A DNA stretch of 63,544 nt, the filler included, from Klebsormidium nitens (lineage: Eukaryota; Plantae; Klebsormidiophyceae), in assembly GCA_000708835.1 (NCBI GenBank). It is 7 parts of 7 records of this genome, joined end to end, with 100 filler letters (N's around TTAATTAATTAA, not from the genome) between each part and the next. Parts side by side here need not be neighbours in the genome. Positions count along the whole stretch, not along the records: positions 18,720 to 28,096 come from DF238215.1; positions 28,197 to 30,969 come from DF238641.1; positions 31,070 to 37,193 come from DF238378.1; 4 more parts are not named here. The stretch is one strand, 5' to 3'. A program made the position numbers and the translations under genes. The notes below the pieces were generated by a model that was given only the letters and a program-made list of their open reading frames with translations, had not been told where the DNA came from and made no database searches. Positions 22,661-31,399 of this stretch are shown here, piece by piece; the stretch's first letter is position 1; every line of letters begins with the position of its first letter.

Positions 22661-24034
22661 TTGCCCTCTATTTTCAACGTTGACCTACTCAACGCAGGCC
22701 TCAGCGCCGCCACTAGCTCTCGCTTAACTAATGTCACACTTTCCTACGCAGGACGAGTGACGGCCCCACGGGCCCCCAGACCGCCTCCAGCCTTTGTACA
22801 GCTATGTACAGGACCAGTCCCAGCGCCCCAGACAACGCGGGAGGAGCGAGCCGTAAGGCTCCAGCTAGAGTTTAGGGATCAGTTAGACACGCAGAGTGTT
22901 ATTACTAGCTTCCAGCGTAGCATTCGTAGTTTGACCGAGCCACCAGAGCCGGCCATCCTCTTAGCTCTTAGATACGGATCTCCATTGGATCCAAATTTTG
23001 TGGACATACATGAACAAACAGCTATTAACAGCATAGGCATAGTCATAATTGAACTGTGTTCTGGACTATGCGCGGCGACAGAAGCGCTCGTTCGCGCAGG
23101 TGTAAAAGTCCGCAAACTTTATGCCTGTGAGACAGATCCAATGTGCCGTTGTGTGGCCCAACAACGATTAGTTACACTCACCCAATTGTTTCCGCATCCA
23201 ATTAATGCCGACGCTATTATACACAGCCATGAGCAGCTGCCGCATGACATCGCTGAGATCATGGAGCAGCATATATCTGAGCTTGAACCGCCGGACATCG
23301 TAATTGCCGGATTTCCGTGTCAAGGATTTTCATCCGCAGCAACAAAGCCGCTTGGCCTTCGTGACACACGGACAAGCTTATTCCACACATGCGTAGAAAT
23401 AGTACGATGGATCTATCATCAACATGGGCCATGTATATGGCTGTTTGAAAATGTTGACGCTACCGACCATCGCAACACACAAGTCGCACATGAATACAAT
23501 CACATAGTGAAAGGCATATTAGGCCATGGAGTGGCCTTTGTTGCCGTTGCGGTCGGCTCATACGCTCACCGCCACAGACGCTTCTGGACCAACGGCATGC
23601 CAGCCGCATTATTAGGTCACATGGTCACACATACCTTTGAGAATTGTGTGCCCACTCAACAATCAGTCTGTGACGTAATCGAGCCTCATCACGAAGCTCA
23701 ATTGGCTGCACATGATTCAGTGCCAGGCAACTATGTGGTCAATGAAATTGGGAAACCACTACGCGCGTTCTCCACTTTCGTTACAGTTCGAGGCTCACAT
23801 GCATATCGCAATAATGGGCATAGTCTCTTAATTAACACAGAGACAGGACAACTCGAAGAACCAAACGCTAATGAACGCGAAGCTGCAATGGGTTTTATGG
23901 TTGGCACCACCAATTGTGCCACCGTCTCAGAAGCAGATCGCATGCGCATGCTAGGGGGGACCATGGACATGTGCCAAATTAAGTTCATTATGAGCTCCAT
24001 CATGGTTTTCCAACACGCCTTCTTCTTAAATTGA
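22661..24034 (+). CDS. C5 cytosine DNA methyltransferase domain (DNMT3-like), retrotransposon-encoded
   Basis: Motif I 'IELCSGL'; II 'ACETD'; IV 'IAGFPCQGFS' (PCQ 23315-23323); VI 'LFENV' (23447); VIII 'HRHRRFWTN'; IX-X 'EREAAMGF…RMRMLGGT', paralleling DNMT3 'EMERVFGF…RQRLLGRS'. Confidence 0.93.
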   Translation: MPSIFNVDLLNAGLSAATSSRLTNVTLSYAGRVTAPRAPRPPPAFVQLCTGPVPAPQTTREERAVRLQLEFRDQLDTQSVITSFQRSIRSLTEPPEPAILLALRYGSPLDPNFVDIHEQTAINSIGIVIIELCSGLCAATEALVRAGVKVRKLYACETDPMCRCVAQQRLVTLTQLFPHPINADAIIHSHEQLPHDIAEIMEQHISELEPPDIVIAGFPCQGFSSAATKPLGLRDTRTSLFHTCVEIVRWIYHQHGPCIWLFENVDATDHRNTQVAHEYNHIVKGILGHGVAFVAVAVGSYAHRHRRFWTNGMPAALLGHMVTHTFENCVPTQQSVCDVIEPHHEAQLAAHDSVPGNYVVNEIGKPLRAFSTFVTVRGSHAYRNNGHSLLINTETGQLEEPNANEREAAMGFMVGTTNCATVSEADRMRMLGGTMDMCQIKFIMSSIMVFQHAFFLN

Positions 24035-24460
24035 CGGCGTGCAGAGTCACAGTTAGTTAAATTACGCAACACTAATGTGACTCACCTAGCTAAACTCAGT
24101 CGGATTCCTACATCGCGACCAATCGCACCATTCGAATTGTACCAGCTTGCAGTTCTGAACCACCGGTCTATAATGTCTCACCCCGATTTTCGCACAAGAG
24201 TGCATAGCAAACGACCTGGATGGTATGTTCCCTATGCAAGGGGGGGGGAAGAGCCAATTCACTTTGCCAACGACCGTATGCAAATCACTTTGCCACCTGA
24301 CAACACAAATTCAGGCAAGAACAACGATTTGGATCAAACAGATTCAAGCCTAGAGAACCCTAACCACCCTCTCAGTAGACAAGAAGCCAGGCTTCAATAA
24401 AGACGTGCAGGCAAGGGCAGTGATCACCCCCCTGAAAAACGTAGAGAGCAGGCAACTCAT

Positions 24461-24901
24461 TTGAAAGTTACTCTCAAACATGCTGGGAAGGAAGGGCCTC
24501 AAACCGGTCTACTTAACCAAACTGTTAACCACACAGACTTACCAAAGCAGACTGCAGCAGCCTTAGGCTCAGAGCCTGTTAAGGCCAAAGGTTTAACTGT
24601 TGAACCTGCAAAAACAGCAGAGGAAGAATGGAGTTGGCCCCTAGGAGCAGCATTAACAGAAAACCAACGAATTCAGTTGATAGAGCTACTGGACAACTTC
24701 AAAGACATCTTTGCCTTCAACATGAAGGAAATGACCACCATACCTGGAGTTGAGTTTGAAATACCAGTCAGCGACGAAACACCCGTGTTCAAGCATCAGT
24801 ACCGCTTGGCGCACTCAGAGAAGGAAGATCTGGCGCAGCAAGTGGCAGAACGACTCAAGAATGGCCTTATCAGGTCATCCACATCGCAATGGGCCTTCCC
24901 C
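24461..24901 (+). CDS. Reverse transcriptase N-terminal region (gypsy type)
   Basis: 'LIELLDNFKDIFA…PGVEFEIPVSDETPVFKHQYRL…LKNGLIRSSTSQWAFP' is the typical pre-RT/RT start; cut by a gap. Confidence 0.9.
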
Positions 24902-24921
24902 NNNNNNNNNNNNNNNNNNNN

Positions 24922-25534
24922 ACCAAATTAAGTTCATTATGAGCTCAATCATGGTTTTCCAACACGCCTTCTTCTTAAATTGACGGCGTGCAGAGTCACA
25001 GTTAGTTAAAATACGCACCACTAATGTGACTCACCTAGCTAAACTCAGTCGGATTCCTACATTTCGGCTAATTGCACCATTCGAATTGTACCAGCTTGCA
25101 GTTCTGAACCACCGGTCTATAATGTCTCACCCCGATTTTCGCACAAGAGTGCATAGCGAACGACCTGGATGGTATGTTCCCTATGCAAGGGGGGGGGAAG
25201 AGCCAATTCACTTTGCCAACGACCGTATGCAAATCACTTTGTCACCTGACAACACAATTTCAGGCAAGAACAACGATTTGGATCAAACAGATTCAAGCCT
25301 AGAGAACCCTAACCACCCTCTCAGTAGGCAAGAAGCCAGACTTCAATTAAGACGTGCAGGCAAGGGCAGTGATCACCCACCTGAAAAACTTAGAGAGCAG
25401 GCAACTCATGAGAAAGTTACTCTCAAACATGCTGGGAAGGAAGGGCCTAAAACCGGTCTACTTAACCAAACTGTTAACCACACTGACTTACCAAAGCAGA
25501 CTGCAGCAGCCTCAGGCTCAGAGCCTGTTAATAG
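24922..25534 (+). repeat. Second copy of the DNMT end / DNMT-RT linker
   Basis: Matches ~23975-24590 with substitutions; lacks the TAA at 24398-24400 (TTA here) but keeps the TGA after FFLN. Confidence 0.9.
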
Positions 25535-25865
25535 NNNNNNNNNNNNNNNNNNNNNNNNNNNNNNNNNNNNNNNNNNNNNNNNNNNNNNNNNNNNNNNNNN
25601 NNNNNNNNNNNNNNNNNNNNNNNNNNNNNNNNNNNNNNNNNNNNNNNNNNNNNNNNNNNNNNNNNNNNNNNNNNNNNNNNNNNNNNNNNNNNNNNNNNNN
25701 NNNNNNNNNNNNNNNNNNNNNNNNNNNNNNNNNNNNNNNNNNNNNNNNNNNNNNNNNNNNNNNNNNNNNNNNNNNNNNNNNNNNNNNNNNNNNNNNNNNN
25801 NNNNNNNNNNNNNNNNNNNNNNNNNNNNNNNNNNNNNNNNNNNNNNNNNNNNNNNNNNNNNNNNA

Positions 25866-26588
25866 ATGATAGAGCACTTCTCAAAGTGGATAGAACTAGT
25901 TCCACTCATAGACAATACCTCAGAAGAGACGGCCAAGGCCTTCCTTCAAGTGTGCACCCACTTCGGGGCACCAGCAGAAGTACTCACGGACCAGGGGCAG
26001 GAATTTCAAGGCGAATTTGACACACTGTGCAAGGAACTCCTTATCGATCACCGCGAAACTTCGAGGGATCACCCACAAGCTGACGGCCTTGCAGAACGTA
26101 CTGTTCAAACTACAAAGCAAGCCGTGCGCAAATACGTGCTCACGCACGCAGTAGACACCTGGGATACATGGGTACCCTGGATTGCTATGGGCTACCGCAT
26201 GTCCAAGCAATTTGCATTAGGAAACTACTCACCCTACTTCCTAATGTTTGGACGACACCCAGTGGTAGGAGCTAACCTCCGAGACCTAATCAACACACCT
26301 GTTGACTTAGATGACCCTAAATTGTGGGCAGAAGTCATCGCCCACCGCGCCGAGGAGTTCCGTAAGGCCATACCCATTGCCTTCAGCAACCTCCAAGCCG
26401 CGCAACACCGAGACACCTTGTGGTACGCCAAAACCCGCACCGGGAAGTGGAGCCCAAAGGTAAAGCGCTTTGAAGTAGGCGATTTAGTCTACCTGCGCCG
26501 CAGAAAAGTTGACACCCTCGACGTTGATGTAGGCCGAATCATATTGCGAATCACTGAGGTCTTGCCCAGTGGAGCTCTTAGGCTATAG
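25866..26588 (+). CDS. Integrase core plus SH3-like C-terminus
   Basis: 'EHFSKWIELVPL…FGAPAEVLTDQGQEF…HPQADGLAERTVQTTK…SPYFLMFGRHP…FEVGDLVYLR'. TAG at 26586-26588 is in frame with the PHD ORF. Confidence 0.92.
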   Translation: MIEHFSKWIELVPLIDNTSEETAKAFLQVCTHFGAPAEVLTDQGQEFQGEFDTLCKELLIDHRETSRDHPQADGLAERTVQTTKQAVRKYVLTHAVDTWDTWVPWIAMGYRMSKQFALGNYSPYFLMFGRHPVVGANLRDLINTPVDLDDPKLWAEVIAHRAEEFRKAIPIAFSNLQAAQHRDTLWYAKTRTGKWSPKVKRFEVGDLVYLRRRKVDTLDVDVGRIILRITEVLPSGALRL

Positions 26589-26663
26589 GGAAGAGATGGC
26601 AGAACCATCAAGGATCACGTTGAGAATTGTGCCCCGTGCCATAATCCAACCATTGACCTAACA

Positions 26664-26846
26664 ATGGACACGACACTTTCGGGATATGACGAAGATTGGG
26701 CCTGTCAGATCTGCAAGAAAATAAACAGACCAGCTAAAATGCTCATCTGCAACTACTGCAGTGAGGGCTATCACATGGATTGCTTAGAACCACCAATTCT
26801 GAGGATTCCAAAAGGAGATTGGTTTTGTCCGCGTTGTGCATTGTAA
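26664..26846 (+). CDS. PHD finger at the Pol C-terminus
   Basis: C4HC3: CQIC…MLICNYCSEGYHMDCLEPP…IPKGDWFCPRC; in frame with integrase across one TAG. Confidence 0.93.
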   Translation: MDTTLSGYDEDWACQICKKINRPAKMLICNYCSEGYHMDCLEPPILRIPKGDWFCPRCAL

Positions 26847-26901
26847 ATCCTAGTAAGGGGGGCACTATTAACAAAGTTATACTTGTACCTATGCAGGAAG
26901 C

Positions 26902-27489
26902 ATGGCGTCCAGCTCTGCACCTCCAGACAGAACAGACCCACAACCGGCTCAGTCAGCCTCCGGGTGGGGACCACCTCCCGCACCCATTTCATTTCACGAA
27001 CTTATACCCATTGATAACCCACCAATACCGCCAGTATACCCCGAAAATGTATATTACGACAATACCAGGACCATGACTCTTTTTGAGTGGGAGCAGGGAT
27101 TCTGGCCCAATAAAAAGGCTCAACTCGCCTGGCGCGTTCAGCAGTGGGATGACCAAGTAAAAACCTTGGTGCGCACCAATTATCAATGGTTCGCCTTAAT
27201 CAATAGAATGTACAGGGAAATCGAAACAATCGAAAGACATAACGAGATGTTCCGTACCCCTATAACTATACGCCAATTTTTACTATTTCAGTGTCCACGG
27301 GCCGACTTGCTTCAGACTCTCCGCGATTGCGCAGAGCATTACCCAAAGAACGTAGTTATTACCAGACGCACAGGCACACCGCCGAGGAATGCCATGCTTG
27401 AGTTCATTGAGAAGCAAGTCAGTGCAGGCGAAAACGATTGTACCGCACCGTGTTCCAAGCAACATGTAGACAAATACGGCAATATTTAG
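26902..27489 (+). CDS. Orphan 195-aa ORF 3' of pol
   Basis: Uninterrupted ORF; ATG in AGCATGG context, 5 nt after a TATGCAG acceptor; Pro-rich N-terminus; no TM or signal peptide seen. Confidence 0.6.
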   Translation: MASSSAPPDRTDPQPAQSASGWGPPPAPISFHELIPIDNPPIPPVYPENVYYDNTRTMTLFEWEQGFWPNKKAQLAWRVQQWDDQVKTLVRTNYQWFALINRMYREIETIERHNEMFRTPITIRQFLLFQCPRADLLQTLRDCAEHYPKNVVITRRTGTPPRNAMLEFIEKQVSAGENDCTAPCSKQHVDKYGNI

Positions 27490-28238
27490 CAATAGTTTGG
27501 TAACAGTGGTGCTAAAACTACTCCAACGCCCCCGCTCCGCGACCCCGGATCAGAGCTGATGCCATACATGTATGGTGGCTGAGGAATAGCCCAAGCACTC
27601 ACTGCCACACACAGATAATAATAACAAACATTGCCGTTACCTCTTGCTTAACATAGGTTTCAATCATTGATAGAATTACGCAAGTTACCAGCATTGTTCC
27701 CATCAGTATGACACAAGCCCAAACCTCGTCGGGACGACTCGGTGGCTTAGGGGGGAAATAATGCATGACTATGAATTCCATACATAACCATACAACGTAC
27801 TCATGTAGTTTCATCGCTTGTCAATCAACACGAGCGCTCCGAAGTACCGAGCCTAATCAGATGCCGAGCCTATATCGCATGACAACTGTCCTGCAATAAT
27901 CCATCGGTGCCATATCGGCTCGGGTAATCGCTAAGCGAGCGACGCGTGTCACAATCGTGTAGTTTTAGGTTACGTAAATAACGATGTAGGTTAGCGCACC
28001 TAACTTAACCGTAAAACACATCGGATAGGATCATAAACCAACGGACCGTATTGGATAACCAGCGACCAACCATGGCCACTAGAATTCCATTATTGGNNNN
28101 NNNNNNNNNNNNNNNNNNNNNNNNNNNNNNNNNNNNNNNNTTAATTAATTAANNNNNNNNNNNNNNNNNNNNNNNNNNNNNNNNNNNNNNNNNNNNATTC
28201 TCAACACATCCCCCAACCTTCATCAACCTAGCACGTTC

Positions 28239-29075
28239 CTATGTGGTTAGAGGAGGGTTGCGCCTTTTTAGAGCGTCAATCTCCATTGGGACAAGTCCTG
28301 CAACAGGTGGGTTAGTAGGTCTGGTGAGGAAAGGGATGTTAGGTCGGGTGACAGAGAATCTCGCTGAGAATCTGTTTAACCCAATTATGCCAGGGGTAAA
28401 CAGGGAGTCGTAACGGTCAGCGAGCTTGACCGCGTCGTCGAAGGTCTGGGGCTTGCGCATGGTGACTTCCATGCGGGTCCTTGTCTTCAGACCTCGGAGG
28501 AAGCGATCCATGAGCTCCTCATCCTGCATGGAAGGGATTTGCAGAGCTAAGTCCTGCATCTTCTGCGCATAGATCCGTACGCTCCCTTCCTGTCTGAGGT
28601 CAGCAAGCTGATCACGAGCATGATGAGTAGCATTTACTACTCTGAACCCATCCAGAAGCTGAGGATGGAATGTGTCCCAATCATACAGAACATCAATCCG
28701 AGCTCCCGCCTTCTGACAGAGAAACCTCCACCAGGTCTTGGCCACGCCCTCGAAAGATGCAGCTGCAAAGAACACTTGCTTGTCAGCAGGTGTTTGCTTA
28801 GCCACAAAGTATTGCTCACAGTCAAAGAGGAAATTCTCAACTGCACCAGAAGCCTGAGAGCCATCATAAGCCTTAGGAGTAGGAATTTTCAGCTTAGAGT
28901 CTCCATCAGACGACATAGCAAGAGAAGCATGGGGTACAGGAGTGGAAGCAACTTGAACAGCAGGCTCAGCAGGGGTCTGGCTTGACAAACGCTGGATTTC
29001 CCCCTGCATGCTGGTCACCACTTCCACAATTTGCTGAATGGTGGTTTGCATGGTTGCAGGGTCTTCCAGGTTCAC
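28239..29075 (-). mobile_element. Ty3/gypsy gag (Retrotrans_gag type)
   Basis: 'KIPTPKAYDGS…VENFLFDCEQYF…FEGVAKTWW…ARDQLADLRQEGSVRIYAQKM…FLRGLK' canonical gypsy capsid pattern. Confidence 0.9.
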
Positions 29076-29198
29076 TTAGAACTGCAGCAGGGTCCCCCAT
29101 GTTGTTCAGCTGCCAGCAGCTCAGGTCAGCTCAGGTGAGCTCAGAGAAGGAAGAAGGAGGGCTGAGAAAGGTAGAAGGATCAGTTCCCCTGCTACCAA

Positions 29199-29577
29199 TG
29201 TAATCGGAAGCTATTTTCACTAGGAAAAGCTGAAAGGATTTTCACTAGGAAAAGATTTTTACAAGGCATAGGTTGGCTGATAAGTGTCTAGAGATTGAAG
29301 AAAGCAGGGCTCTGGTCAACTTTCAAGAATTCCAGGAATCCAAGAATGAGCCCTGCAGGTGAAGACATTCTCCATTTATTGGTTGAGGATCTGAAGATCC
29401 GAGCTCAGATCCGAGCTCACGGCAGCCGTGTGCAGACTGGTCAACATAAGCAAGGATGTGCAGCAAGAGTCTCAACGTTCTTAATGGATAACTAGCCGTT
29501 ATGGCTTAAGGATAAGCAAGATTATGATCGACGGCTTATAATCATCAAAAAAGGATACCAAGCTGCCACGTGTTACA
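29199..29577 (-). repeat. 5' LTR of the minus-strand gypsy element, followed by PBS
   Basis: On minus: TGTAACA start (29577) … TTACA end (29199), then T-TGGTAGCAG PBS (29189-29197) and gag. Confidence 0.7.
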
Positions 29578-29648
29578 AATTGAAGTTCCGCGCGCCGGAG
29601 ATTTCGGAGTTTTGACTTACCAGTGAGTCACTGGCGCAAAACTATCAA

Positions 29649-30188
29649 AGTAGACTCCTCTTGTTAGTGTCTCCGCCACTCTGATTGGTGTGAATCACTC
29701 TCAACCCACCTGAAAGCACCTGAAGTGTGACAATTATTGCAGTCTGTTAGTGGTTACGGGAGTGGTTACAACGTTGACAATGAGACTGACTTCGAGATTG
29801 ACATCGACGTTGACATTGACATTGACCCGGGGCACTTACTTTGACATTAGGGTTACGTTGCAAACCTGTGACGGTTCACGTCAATCGACCAGCGCTTTGT
29901 TAGGGTCACGCTATTTCCCAGTGACATTAGGGTTACTCACTGACAGTGACAACCGGGCAGAGTTCTTTTAGTTTTAGTGTTGTAGGCCATTTATCCTGAC
30001 CCGGTTCCATCCGTACTAGAATCCGTACCGCTAAGCGTACGGTAAAACCTGAAATTCTGACGCCTTTTTCTTAAAAGGATCTGAGCTGACAGTACGGTCC
30101 ACGCGGATACCCTGTGAACCTTTGATCCCGCGTGTAAGATGTTTTCACACTTTGTTGGAGCCTGAGACACTAACAAAAGGAGTCTACT
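29649..30188. repeat. Inverted-repeat-bounded segment with TGACA micro-repeats
   Basis: AGTAGACTCCTCTTGTTAGTGTCTC (29649-29673) is 24/25 reverse-complementary to 30164-30188; interior has TTGACA/TGACA runs. Confidence 0.55.
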
Positions 30189-31399
30189 TCGTCGTACTTG
30201 CGTCACTGGCCACTAGCTAGGATAGGCTAGGCAATAGGCTCGAGCCTGCCTAGCCTAGTGGCAGTGGTCAGTAGCATTGACTCGGCGGGGTCGAATTTCG
30301 ATCGAAAATTTGGCAGGGGAATGCTTGCTTCCCCCACGATAAGATCTGCGACGGTCGGGATGAGCCCAGGTCCTACAGTGTTTTAGGACCGGGAATGCTC
30401 TCGGTGTAGCATAAGCTGTGCTAGCCGCCGTCCTCAACCGACCGGGGGAAAACTAAGCGCGCGCGTGCGCAACCCGTCGGCCGAGCGGCCGCCGGCTGTT
30501 AAACCTCTAAAACCCTGGCGCTGAGGCGTCAGCTAGTTTAGAAGACGTTACATAATTTCTTGGCGTTAGACCCTCAATTCATTGGTCGTGTTTGTTCAAA
30601 AGCAAGAGGAGGCGCCTGGCGAGGCGCCCTCTAGGGACATTTGTAGGTTTGGGGGTATTCACACTAAAGGGGCCTCCCCCGTACAAGGGCAGTGAGAAGC
30701 GGCCCAGAGACACATAGAGATGGCGCAGGGCATGGAGCCTCAGTTGGCTACCCTCATACACTCAGCAAGGGCTGATCGGAGAGTACTTGCTGCATGAATT
30801 GCCCGGCTCGGGGAGAAAGCTCTGGGCTAGAGTAGTAGATGTGGATCCCGCCTCAGGAAAGTTCTGGCTAGAAGACGCAAGGGGTGAGCTTTTGCACAGA
30901 CTAGTTGATAAGACGGAGCTCAGTATTGGCATGGGTACTAGGTACCCCCAAGACACGCTGCTCACCAGGNNNNNNNNNNNNNNNNNNNNNNNNNNNNNNN
31001 NNNNNNNNNNNNNTTAATTAATTAANNNNNNNNNNNNNNNNNNNNNNNNNNNNNNNNNNNNNNNNNNNNCTTAACTAATCAGTCTTTGGGAAGAAGGCAA
31101 GAAGACGCAATTTTTCTGAGAGGCGCTCTTGCACGAGGTGATCCCAAGGCGTGCTGAGAAGCTTCGCATGGTTTCCGCACATGTGAAGTAGACAGGCAGC
31201 GTGTGACCCTGTCCAACCGTCACATGTGGGAACCATGAAATTGCTGGTTGTGATACCGGTCTTCGTCATATCTGGCTTGTGTGTCGTGCTGCCGCCGCTT
31301 TGCTCAAAGTGGACCATCATCCGGCGTGCCCTCGTGTCCCTGGCAATCCGCGCGTGGCATCTTCTGATCTTAGCGAGCATTGCACCCTTTTCTTTCCCT

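Larger units (their letters stand above)
18721..28096 (+). mobile_element. DNMT- and PHD-carrying Ty3/gypsy-type LTR retrotransposon (fragmented over several contigs)
   Basis: Order ORF1 - PR - DNMT - RT - gap - IN - PHD - 3' ORF, all on plus; RT before IN is the gypsy order. Ends fall in gaps, so LTRs are not confirmed. Linkage of ORF1 to pol crosses 20-N gaps. Confidence 0.85.

Noticed and set aside
29840-29935. Three TTAGGG motifs as an interstitial telomere
   Set aside because: Isolated, not tandem.
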